Assembly (NCBI GenBank): GCA_000146045.2
Contig: BK006945.2
Location: 672,001-736,000, forward strand
Direction of reading: 5' to 3'
Origin: TPA_inf: Saccharomyces
Taxonomy: Eukaryota
Length of the DNA: 64,000 bases
Below are positions 1-11,671 of this stretch, one piece after another. The notes under the pieces are model-generated. The model saw only the letters and a list, made by a program, of their open reading frames with translations. It had not been told where the DNA came from and ran no database searches. A program made the translations under genes and the position numbers. How positions within the stretch are numbered: the first letter of the stretch is position 1; every line of letters begins with the position of its first letter.

Positions 1-1
1 G

Positions 2-823
2 GATATCAACATTCTCGACACTATATTTGGGCAACCTCCGTCCAAGAAGCAAAAACAATTCCACAAAAAGGAGAAAAAGAAGCAGCAGAAAAAGTTGACA
101 AACTTTAAGCCCATTATCGATGTCCCTTCCCAAGATAAACGAAACCTTAGGTCAAACGCTCCGACAAAACCCAAATCCATAAAAGTAAGTAAGCTGCGTA
201 CCGATAAGAAAGTTACAGGGGAAAAATCAAGCCCAGAAACAGCGGCAGAGAAAGTTGATGATCAAACTGTGCGTAGCAACGATGAACAAGCAATGAGCAG
301 AGCAACTAAAGAAAAGTGCTTTCCAGATGTCAATGAAGGCAAAGAAATTACTAAGGATGACGCTAAAGTATCTCTCGAGTCCAAAAAAAACAACGAAACT
401 TTTGTTGATTCAAGTGTAGTAGAAAAACATACCCCCCCAGACAAAGACTGTAACAATTGTAACATTACAGATATTTTGGAATCTACCACTGTTATCGACT
501 TGCAGTCACCCCATGGATTATCTGCTCCTGGTCAGAATACTTTCACAAACAAACTTCAAGAACAAATTTATAGTTCAATAAATCATTTTTCTAACGAATT
601 GGTAAGAAAAATTTCGATAATAAACCAAGAGTTAAATAAGAAAATCTTAAAAGAGTTGTCCGAAAAATACCAAAAACTATTCTCCGAATTACAAGATAAT
701 TTCCAGAATGATACCAATGAGATGCTTAAATTCATGGGCGAGATCAAAGACATGATGAATCTCCCGGAAGATCAGCTCGTTCATGCTATTAGGACAAGAA
801 AATTTGATAACAACAAGAGATAA
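2..823 (+). CDS. RED1: C-terminal part of the meiotic synaptonemal-complex lateral-element protein Red1 (YLR263W). The 5-prime end lies upstream of the window.
   Basis: The reading frame is open from nucleotide 2. The track ORF starts at a TTG codon at 95, which is not a true start. Gene order upstream of RPS28B and NEJ1 fits chr XII. The lysine-rich sequence is consistent with the Red1 C-terminus. Stop at 821-823. Confidence 0.75.
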
Positions 824-1130
824 ATAGTATACATATACGCAATTCTTTTTAGATTTAAGATGGCTAATAAAAGTAATATAGGCAAGCTTATTCATGTTCG
901 AATCTTTTTTTTCTCGCAGAGCTAGTACTCTGGCAATCGACACTTATTTCGTACAAAATGATCACGCAACTTTTGACAATTTTTTTTTTTTCATCTGTTT
1001 TCCAGGAAACTTGGATCTTTTTTGCTCCATAGCACTTTTGGTCTTCCTCAATTAAATATTTCTAGATCCCGGTAGTTCTTCTTCTTTGATCATTAATAAA
1101 AAATAAGCAAAGCATAAAAGAGCAGCAAAA

Positions 1131-1334
1131 ATGGATTCTAAGACCCCAGTCACCTTAGCTAAAGTCATCAAAGTTTTAGGCCGTACCGGTTCTCGTGGTG
1201 GTGTTACCCAAGTTCGTGTTGAGTTCTTGGAAGACACTTCCCGTACCATTGTCAGAAATGTCAAGGGTCCAGTTAGAGAAAACGACATTTTGGTCTTGAT
1301 GGAATCTGAACGTGAAGCTCGTCGTTTGCGTTAA
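1131..1334 (+). CDS. RPS28B: 40S ribosomal protein S28 (eS28), 67 aa, no intron.
   Basis: The translation [67 protein letters not shown] is the yeast S28 sequence. The B copy is assigned by synteny with RED1 and NEJ1. Confidence 0.95.
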
Positions 1335-2426
1335 AGGTATATTAAAAAATTTACTATTGGTGCTCTTCGAGCATTGTTTTTTTTCTATATTTACAAACAA
1401 CAGCTTATTTTTTAATATTTCTCAAAAAATGAAGTTCGAATGATTATTTTAATTGAGTTTAGTGATGAAATCGATTGCAAATAATATAAACGTTGGTAAG
1501 CTCATCTAAACAATCGAAAGGAGGGATAGAAGACAGTAGGTGTTTGTGCTTTGGTCGGTTTTTCCATTCGGTGAATTCATACATCTCCTTTATTAATTTT
1601 AATGGATTCTTTACAAGGGATTTTCGGTTGCCAAAAACAGAGAACAAATGCGTAGAAATACTCAATGATGTCAATTTTTCAAAAAATGAATTAAATGATT
1701 GAAGTCACTTAATTTTTGTGGTTTTTTGGAGGTGGGTTGAGTGTACAACTCACTATAATTGATGAGATATTCGACGAACTTGTTACTTTTTTGGATTCCA
1801 GAATGTTTACTGAATTTTAAGAATTAATTAATTTGAGGCTAACCTGTATGGCATGGAATAACGAATCGACAAGAAGTCTCTTACTGTAACTTTCTTTTTT
1901 TTTGGTGCATCTATCGTTAAATACAATTTAAATATTACATTCATGTACTTACTCAATATAATAATCTGATTACTTCATACAATAGAAGAGAAAGAAACAG
2001 TCTCTAAAACTGCTGTCATAACGCGTGGTGTTGTGGTTTTGCTTAATTTTTTTAGACCCATGCACCAGATATTGATCCAATTTTTTTTTGTGGCTCTTTT
2101 GCCAATCGCTCTTATTAAGTAAGTTTACATCCGCGGTTATGTTTTGCGTCTAAATTTCATTTACAGTGATGGCGAGCTTGCGCGGCTATTTTTTATGCAG
2201 TTTATCATTTAGACACTCAGAAGCTGCAGTGATGTAAGATACTGCTTGAAACTACCGTTAGATTAATAATAAACAATTAGAACTGTCCTAATACATATAA
2301 ACTTATATGCTCCCTATCAATGGCATAACGTTACCATTCAATAAATTAACATTATCAATGCGTCAACAAAGGAATAGAACTATTTGAAAGGTCCAACCTT
2401 AATTTTTGACGTTTAATTGACTTGCC

Positions 2427-3455
2427 TTAGTTTTTTATTCTCACCTTTCCAAATTTTCTTTTTTTCTGTGGGTATTCTTCGACCAAAGAAGAACTTGATT
2501 TTGTTTTTTCTGGTGTAGCCTCAGATTCAGAAAAATTCTCCAGGCGAAGTTGCGAACTGGTACTACTTTCTCTAGATTTTGGCTTGAAATCTGTCTTTGG
2601 TTTAATTTTACCGCGGCTATTTGGTCGAGCCTCATTTGTAGGGTCTGCTTGCAATTCAAAATCATCATTATAAAAATGATTCACCGCAGGAAATCTGACG
2701 CGCTCTTTTTTGTTAAGTTCTCCAGATTCTTCAAACCGCGACACATCTTGAAATTTGTTTCTTAAAGATAATAATGTTTTTAATGAGTCCGCCAGAAATT
2801 CTTGATGCTGGAATTTTCCTTTATGTAGTAATTTTTTGATTATGTCATCGTCTGTGCATTGCTGCAGAGATTCATAATTCTTAGAATTTTCAGGAGCCCA
2901 TTGACTGATAACTTTACTCCCACCGTCTAAATCACGAAGAGAAATTAAAAGAAAATCTAAGCATTTTTGCTTTTCATTCAAAATATCCCGTTGTACATAG
3001 TGGTATTGGGTGGAAAGGTTTACCAATTTTAATAAAAGCATGCATAAACTTTGCAAAATCATATAGAACATATCCTTAGTAACATGTGAAGGTACGCTAT
3101 TTATGGAAACTGTAATATCCGCAGATACATCGAAACTAAAAACCAAATTTGAATCTACCAATCCAATTTGGTTAATTTCTTGAGGAGCTTGTAGAATGTC
3201 CATTAGTTTTAGTTTAATTAGATTTAATGATATACTATCCGTAAAACCTTGGCTCTGGCATTGCTGTGATAATTGAGTTTGTGAAAGTTTGAAAACGTAG
3301 GGAACTAAGCGCTCCAAGGAAACTAAAACAATCATTACAATTGTGGTTGGAGATGACATCGGTAGAAATAATAGGAGACAATTTCCCTCACCATTAATTT
3401 TTTTAACACACCATTCTGCATCACTTAGCTGCTGCCCTTTCAACTCAGAATCCAT
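2427..3455 (-). CDS. NEJ1: NHEJ regulator Nej1/Lif2, 342 aa.
   Basis: The ORF MMDSELKGQQLSDAEW... has GTG as its first codon (3456-3458), so the real ATG is at 3453-3455. Size and position (YLR265C) match. Confidence 0.85.
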   Translation of the reverse strand: MDSELKGQQLSDAEWCVKKINGEGNCLLLFLPMSSPTTIVMIVLVSLERLVPYVFKLSQTQLSQQCQSQGFTDSISLNLIKLKLMDILQAPQEINQIGLVDSNLVFSFDVSADITVSINSVPSHVTKDMFYMILQSLCMLLLKLVNLSTQYHYVQRDILNEKQKCLDFLLISLRDLDGGSKVISQWAPENSKNYESLQQCTDDDIIKKLLHKGKFQHQEFLADSLKTLLSLRNKFQDVSRFEESGELNKKERVRFPAVNHFYNDDFELQADPTNEARPNSRGKIKPKTDFKPKSRESSTSSQLRLENFSESEATPEKTKSSSSLVEEYPQKKRKFGKVRIKN

Positions 3456-3585
3456 CACACATGTGTAAGATTAACCTCCTATCTGGCCGTTGTTATGGTT
3501 ATTCTCCATAGGGTTTCCACTTATATGACACTATTTTGTGTTTGCCCGCTGCCAACACTATCATCCCTTTTTGGGACGAAAAAAT

Positions 3586-3605
3586 CCATGTAAAAAAATA
3601 CATCA
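3586..3605. promoter_or_regulatory. a1-alpha2 haploid-specific-gene operator (CCATGT-N7-TACATCA) about 135 bp upstream of the NEJ1 ATG.
   Basis: ccatgtaaaaaaatacatca fits the hsg operator pattern YCRTGTNNWNANNTACATCA. NEJ1 is a known a1-alpha2-repressed haploid-specific gene. Confidence 0.6.
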
Positions 3606-3618
3606 ATCATAAATACAT

Positions 3619-5724
3619 TTATAAATCGAAATGATATTGTTTATAAAATTTCTTTTTGTCAATGGACCAAAGGTCTTTGGAAATCTCTTTGAACGTTTTC
3701 CAAACATCATTAATAAAATCTTCAATCATGAGATCACTGAAGTGCTCCATATTAATGCCCTTTTTCAGCCAAATTTTTTCAGTCTCTATTCTTGCTTGGG
3801 ACGCTTTATCGAATAAAACCCTACTTACGCGTTCAAACGCCAAAGTTGAAGTTAACTGATAAAAATTGGAAACTGCTTTTAACAATCGCTTATTTCTTTC
3901 ATTAACAGCAAATATGCTATCAATAATTTCGTAAAATCTTATTATTGTTCCTGAAAATGACAGAAATTTATCAGTCCTAACATCGAATCCTGTCAAAAGT
4001 TCATCAAAGTTTTCTTCTTCATATTTAATGAATTGTATTTTTTTCCCAGTGTCAAGGTCAATAAGGAAAAGGAATGCCTTCTCCCTGAAGATTAACCTAT
4101 TAAATGCTAAACTGTACACTTGCGATACTATTCGTATTAAAAGTGGATTGATTAGAATAATAGACAGTTTTAGCCCTTCAGTTAACACGTTCTCCTGGTC
4201 GTTGATAGGCTCTTTAAAATGAAATACCATTGTATTAACACAGACTGATATGGATATCAACAAGAACTGAACCATTCTGTTCTTATCTATGATTCTGCTT
4301 TGTTGAGCGATGATCATCTCAATATTGTATATACTAGCAACTATACTTAGAGATCTTGATAAAATCAATATATCAAAGGGATCAATATCAGAGTAGTAAA
4401 CTGAATTTGTATAATGTTCGATAGGTGAAAAGTTAGATTGTATAAATTCAATCAATCTCAATGAAAAAGTGGTCAATTTTTCGTTCATCTCTCTCTTGTG
4501 AATTTCACGAGTAGTGAATCGGGAAACATCTAAAAAATCGTGCATTAGCTTAACTCTCCTAAAGTCAATACTCGGTGATTGGAAATTCTGCGCAGTAAAT
4601 ATACTTAAGTCCAAAAGATCATCTGAAATAGACGGAGGATTACCTATATCATATGAGGTGGATACATCAAGGAATAAAGCCCAAAACCAAATACACCTCA
4701 AGTTTTGTTTGGTTTCCTCACTTTCGTTCAAATACCATTTATCAATATCATTTAAACCCAAACTTATGCACCCCTGGCATAGCTCGTTGATTAAGTCAAC
4801 GCCTTGAGTCGCATCCCATACACCGTCCGTGCAATTTATCATTACACTAATATAGGACAATAAGAAAAATTGTAGTTTTTCCACGAAATTTGAGCTCGAT
4901 GATGACAAGGACGCTGCACTTAAAGTGTGAAGGAAATGACTCACGGAAGAAGGGATATCTTGGTTATAATAGCCCAAGCAAAGAATTTGAAGTACAATGC
5001 CAAGATTATACTTATCTTTTGCATTACCTTGCAAATCGAGGAGGATGACTAGGTTCTTGTCCGTGGTATCTCTAATAAAAAGTCTGTCCAAGAGGGACAG
5101 AATATCGTCTTGGTTGAAGATATGCAATATGCCGAACAGCGGTCCAGCAAAAAAAGATTTAATACAGCTTTCCATTTGAGGAAAACTAGGCAAATCTGCT
5201 ACAACATCATTTTCATTTAATTGCGATTTAGTGCATTCAGGAAGTGGTTTCAAGACTTTCCATAAATTTTGAAACTCAGTTTGAAACTTATTTTGTTCAA
5301 ACAAAGATAAAGTTTTCCAGGAAGTGGGGCCAAACACATACCTCGAGCCATTATCACCTAAAACCGAAGTTCTCAGTGACCGTAATGGATTTTCTGAACT
5401 CCTGCAATACACCGGTTTCGCATTATTGTTATCGTTTTCCTTCAGTAGAGTCTGCAAATTCTCAATCTTCTGAACCAACGCTACATTGGGCACTTGCTCG
5501 AACAGTTCCGTATTAGACAAGGGATAGTTGAACTCTTCTGTGTAAACGCATTGCGGTAGTTTTCTAATTACACATTGCTGACACATAGGCCTGGCCTGAC
5601 TGCATTTCAGTTTTCTTTTTCTACAAAATGCACATGACTTGATGACCTTCCTCCTCTTGCCCTTCTTACCACTTGAAACGGGCTCTCCGGTAGTAGATTT
5701 CATAGGAAAATGGGATCCATCCAT
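3619..5724 (-). CDS. PDR8: Zn2Cys6 zinc-cluster transcription factor Pdr8, 701 aa.
   Basis: N-terminal CAFCRKRKLKCSQARPMCQQC zinc-cluster motif. Length and position (YLR266C) match. ATG confirmed at 5722-5724. Confidence 0.9.
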   Translation of the reverse strand: MDGSHFPMKSTTGEPVSSGKKGKRRKVIKSCAFCRKRKLKCSQARPMCQQCVIRKLPQCVYTEEFNYPLSNTELFEQVPNVALVQKIENLQTLLKENDNNNAKPVYCRSSENPLRSLRTSVLGDNGSRYVFGPTSWKTLSLFEQNKFQTEFQNLWKVLKPLPECTKSQLNENDVVADLPSFPQMESCIKSFFAGPLFGILHIFNQDDILSLLDRLFIRDTTDKNLVILLDLQGNAKDKYNLGIVLQILCLGYYNQDIPSSVSHFLHTLSAASLSSSSSNFVEKLQFFLLSYISVMINCTDGVWDATQGVDLINELCQGCISLGLNDIDKWYLNESEETKQNLRCIWFWALFLDVSTSYDIGNPPSISDDLLDLSIFTAQNFQSPSIDFRRVKLMHDFLDVSRFTTREIHKREMNEKLTTFSLRLIEFIQSNFSPIEHYTNSVYYSDIDPFDILILSRSLSIVASIYNIEMIIAQQSRIIDKNRMVQFLLISISVCVNTMVFHFKEPINDQENVLTEGLKLSIILINPLLIRIVSQVYSLAFNRLIFREKAFLFLIDLDTGKKIQFIKYEEENFDELLTGFDVRTDKFLSFSGTIIRFYEIIDSIFAVNERNKRLLKAVSNFYQLTSTLAFERVSRVLFDKASQARIETEKIWLKKGINMEHFSDLMIEDFINDVWKTFKEISKDLWSIDKKKFYKQYHFDL

Positions 5725-6211
5725 CCCAACAAACTAAGTGCCGTTTGCCTCTTTCTTATTCGTCCCGTACCAACCACGTGTTTTCCACCTGTCATGGGCT
5801 TTTCAAGAGTTTGTCAACGCGGAAAGGCGCCGCATTGCACCTTGTCGTGATGTATTCTAAGTACAAGTAGTAAAGAAGTAATGACCCTGTTGTTATTGCT
5901 CCACTGCTGACCGCTGTTAATGCCTCTTCATGATTTCTGAGTCATTGTTGTACCCTCTGGCGAATAAGCCACTGTTGGTTTTGTGTGCATGTTGGAAAGG
6001 CGTTGCAACGGACTGTAACTCCACACACGAAAGAACCCTTAATTTTCAGCCGCTCGTTATTTTATTCAGTTGATCATTTCTTGTATAAATAGATTTAAGC
6101 AAATTTAAAGTTGATGATTCTATCTTCACAGCTAGAGCTCTACGTGAAATTTGTGCAATATATAGGCTGTGATTTCGAAAGTTATATATTCTCCGGGTAG
6201 AAGTGAAAAGG

Positions 6212-7924
6212 ATGGTTGCCGCTTTAACGTATTTGCCTACTGAGCTTATCCAAAGGATATTTGAGTTCACTGTGGTGGAAACAGACTCTCAATATTGGTT
6301 GTACAATTTAGTGGCTCTAATTGATTTTTCTGTCTCTTCGAGAGGTGGTGGCTCTATAACGGAAGACTTCTTGACAAATTACGTTAGGAAGAATTTGATG
6401 GTTTTAGATCTGACCTGTGAGGCCACGCAAGACTCGATTTTACGAGCGGAGTACGGGTTTCTGAAGAGATTGTTGCCATACATTGACATGGACGCACAAT
6501 ATATCAGAGTTGTTGATTTGGAAACCAATGCTGACAAGGCCCAGAATTTAAAAGCAGAAAAACTTATTGTTATATTTGACGAATTCTCAGATTTGAAACT
6601 CATAGAAACCTTCTTCCCCTTGGCGAATTCCAATTCAAACATAATCGAGTTCGTATTCTGTGTTCGCAATATAAAGAGTTCGTTTTATTCACCTTTGGAA
6701 AAATTACATATTGCGAACATAGTCGCAGATATTGATATTAACACATTGTATCTGGACTTCGTGGATTCAAATATCTATTCGGATCAAAATTTCTTTGGGA
6801 TTTTTGATCCCGATATTTTTCAGCTGATTAATAAAAACTATAGAAACTTCTTTTCTAAGACTAACGAAAAGGGGAAGAAAAGACCCCCCATTTGCAAGAA
6901 AATCTGTTTTCCCTTTGTTGAAACATTGAATTTGGATTATATGGCCCTTGATTCATTCTTTAATTCGATACTGCATAAACTAACAACAAAGATAAAAACA
7001 TTTGAAAGGAACAATGAGTTTGACGTGGATAAAAATTTAAATTTAAACTCGACAACGACAGTAGCAGCTTTAATTATCAAGTCGATCTTGCAACAATTCT
7101 TCAACAATTTTCATATCAGCTTCCCTAATTTGGTTACCTTGAATTTTATTAAGATGTCTACCTACCCAAACAATAATGAGATTACCCAATGTTGTAACTT
7201 CATAGATTTATCTTCATATGTTCTAAACAAATGTTTAAGTGAGAATATCTCGATAAATTTCCTCTTTCAGTTGCACTCTTTGAAAAATTGGTCAATGCCC
7301 AAGATTAAAGAATTCACTGGGCACAAATTCAAGTATGACGAAACAACATTTTCAGGTTCACCAGAAAGGTACATCAAATCATTGAGGGGAAACATTAAAA
7401 TTTTGCAAGAAATGGCAATTAACGAAACCAACGATGGTACTTGCTATTTCAGAGTCAAGTTGATACCTGAGGGGGTAGAAAAAACTCAAATAATCAACTG
7501 GATCCCCTTTACTTCTTCATTTAGCGATGATACCTTCAAACAAAGACACCATTTAAAGAGGCCAATGATTTGCTTGAAGAACAACTCTTTAAGATCGCTC
7601 ACTGTCAAAATCATACGTATTGAAAAATGTTCATCCATCCGAATCCAGGGATTTTACCTACCAAATCTGCAGGAACTGTTCATCAACAATACCCTTTGCG
7701 ACACCACCCAACACCAAAAACAAGCGTCAAATGATATGAGTTGTATAGAGTTCACTTCATGGAATGAACTACCACAATGCAAGAAATTGGGATTTGCTCA
7801 ATTAGAGGACGACTCTAACTACGTTCTTAATATCAGTAACCTACAAGACCATTTACCAAATCTGGACCTGCGGGAGAGTTTCCCAACTTTCTTCGATATA
7901 AGACAGAAGTTTGTCGTGGTTTGA
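6212..7924 (+). CDS. BOP2: Bop2 (bypass of PAM1), protein of unknown function, about 570 aa.
   Basis: The track ORF starts at GTG 6203. The first ATG, at 6212, gives [19 protein letters not shown]... Position (YLR267W) matches. Confidence 0.75.
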
Positions 7925-8199
7925 GGTCTAATTTTCAACCAAACGTGTTGTACTAGCATATATAATTAAATAAATTTCTCTAGTTATCACTTGATTTATC
8001 TAATAAGAGACGTCATAAACGAATTTTTTTTTAGCAATAAATCCTCAACGCTTTTTGTTTTCATTTTTCGGTCTTTTTCTACCATAGAAGATAAACAAGT
8101 AGAGCCCATGTAATATAATATATCTACAACCTATTATTACCCAAAACCAACAAAAACCCTGACAGTGACACCCCGTTACACACTCACAATTAAGTAGGG

Positions 8200-8844
8200 A
8201 TGATAAAGTCAACACTAATCTACAGAGAAGATGGGCTGCCTCTTTGTACGTCTGTGGACAACGAAAATGATCCCTCATTATTTGAACAAAAGCAAAAGGT
8301 GAAAATCGTCGTTTCCAGATTGACACCACAGTCTGCCACGGAGGCTACTTTGGAAAGTGGCTCCTTTGAGATCCATTATTTGAAGAAATCCATGGTGTAC
8401 TACTTCGTCATTTGCGAATCTGGATACCCAAGAAACTTAGCATTCTCATACCTTAACGATATAGCGCAAGAATTTGAACACTCATTTGCTAATGAGTACC
8501 CCAAGCCTACCGTAAGACCATACCAGTTTGTAAACTTTGATAACTTTCTACAGATGACAAAAAAGTCATACAGTGATAAGAAAGTTCAGGACAATTTGGA
8601 CCAACTAAACCAAGAGCTTGTAGGTGTCAAGCAAATCATGTCCAAGAACATCGAAGACCTACTTTACAGGGGAGATTCTCTCGATAAAATGAGTGACATG
8701 AGTTCTTCTTTGAAAGAAACATCCAAAAGGTACAGAAAGTCCGCGCAAAAGATCAACTTCGATCTCTTGATCAGTCAATATGCTCCTATTGTCATTGTCG
8801 CTTTCTTTTTCGTCTTTCTCTTCTGGTGGATCTTCCTCAAATAG
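8200..8844 (+). CDS. SEC22: ER-Golgi R-SNARE Sec22, 214 aa.
   Basis: Longin domain, a SNARE motif and a C-terminal transmembrane segment (IVIVAFFFVFLFWWIFLK). The sequence MIKSTLIYREDGLPL is Sec22. Confidence 0.95.
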   Translation: MIKSTLIYREDGLPLCTSVDNENDPSLFEQKQKVKIVVSRLTPQSATEATLESGSFEIHYLKKSMVYYFVICESGYPRNLAFSYLNDIAQEFEHSFANEYPKPTVRPYQFVNFDNFLQMTKKSYSDKKVQDNLDQLNQELVGVKQIMSKNIEDLLYRGDSLDKMSDMSSSLKETSKRYRKSAQKINFDLLISQYAPIVIVAFFFVFLFWWIFLK

Positions 8845-8865
8845 ACGTCACCCCATCATCCCACA

Positions 8866-10238
<1,373 letters not shown>

Positions 10239-10736
10239 AGGTTGTTAAAATTCTCACATCATCCACCTTTTTCCTACTCTCATTTTCTTTTTTTGAAAGT
10301 TGTTTGTTTTATATACCTTAGTTTCACAACAACATAAGGCATGCCTATTTGAGATTTTGTGATTAAAAAATAATAGAATACGTACTATATAACCGTCGGT
10401 TTAAAGTAAATAAATTAAAGACTAAGAATGAAACAATTAAAAACACTGTTCAATAACGTTGCTCTATCCTCCTGAGTCTTCCGGATCCTGTCTCCATTTT
10501 TTTGTGTGGTGACGAGTTGAGATAAAAAGATTTCCACTGCTGAGAATAATATCTATAATCGATAATGAAAGTTAGAACGATCACGTTGACTCTGAAATAT
10601 AGTCAATAGAAAAAATTAGGTATCAATTCAATTGTAATATTTACTGGATTGAATTTAATTTAAGAATTACAGAATAAGAGGACGGACAATAAGAGGTACG
10701 CTACACATCTACCATCACTTTCAGGGAGGGCATAAA

Positions 10737-11561
10737 ATGGAGGAGAGTAAGACAAAAAGAAAAGAGGATCGCATAGATTTGAAGAATACACCGCCTCAGA
10801 AGAAGTCAAAAAGAGATTCAACAAATGACGAAACTGCACGCACATCACTACGTTCAATCATGCCCAGGGGTTATAAAATGATGGAAAACATGGGTTACAA
10901 AGAAGGAGAAACATTAGGTAGTAATGAAAGTGCCCTAAAAGAGCCTATTAAGGTAGAAATCAATACAAAAAGGAGGGGAATTCGTGCAGAAAAGCCCGAC
11001 CCATCAACAATGAATGACATGCAGATGAGTGAACAACGATTTATAAAAAGAGAAAGTGAAATGAAAAATAATAAGCGGTTAAAAAAAATTTGGTATAGGA
11101 TCCAAAAAGTTGCTTTTGAAATGATGGGTGATTCCGATTTATACAATCCAGGCGAAGATCCGAGAGACTTTAACGTACTTTGGAGATCTTACGTTATGCA
11201 ACTAAATGAGGAAGTAGCAAAAAATGACCTAAATAATCACAGTAACAATGATAATGAAGATAAGAATAATATGATACCAATGGTAAATGAAAGTTTGGAG
11301 GCTTCGCCTGCAATAAAAGGTGAAAAGTTTGGACGTCCTTCTACATTAATAGATTGTGATACTTCAATTATCGGTAGTCGCATTACAAAAGACACAGAAC
11401 TTGCTGAATTAGAAGAATTGAGCATTGAAAAAAGAATAACAAAATTGAATATATTCCTGAGGTCCGAGAAGTACTACTGTTTTTTTTGCGGAATCAAGTA
11501 TAAGGATGAAGGTGATCTCTACGAGCATTGCCCAGGAGTGAATGAAGACGACCACAAATGA
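10737..11561 (+). CDS. YLR271W: G-patch domain protein with a C-terminal C2H2-like zinc finger (YLR271W), 274 aa.
   Basis: G-patch-like motif MPRGYKMMENMGYKEGETLG. C-terminal CFFCGIKYKDEGDLYEHC. Confidence 0.85.
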   Translation: MEESKTKRKEDRIDLKNTPPQKKSKRDSTNDETARTSLRSIMPRGYKMMENMGYKEGETLGSNESALKEPIKVEINTKRRGIRAEKPDPSTMNDMQMSEQRFIKRESEMKNNKRLKKIWYRIQKVAFEMMGDSDLYNPGEDPRDFNVLWRSYVMQLNEEVAKNDLNNHSNNDNEDKNNMIPMVNESLEASPAIKGEKFGRPSTLIDCDTSIIGSRITKDTELAELEELSIEKRITKLNIFLRSEKYYCFFCGIKYKDEGDLYEHCPGVNEDDHK

Positions 11562-11671
11562 ATTTTATCGAGATAGGTAAAGTCATATTTCAAGAAGAAA
11601 GAAATGAACAGCTTTTATTTATATAATAACATATAATATAAAACGGAAGAAACGGGTAAACGTCAGTTCGA

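Noticed and set aside
2126-2140. acatccgcggttatg, resembling a pleiotropic drug-response element (TCCGCGGA) downstream of NEJ1.
   Set aside because: It has a mismatch in the last position, and it lies 3-prime of NEJ1, far from any drug-resistance target gene. It is probably chance.
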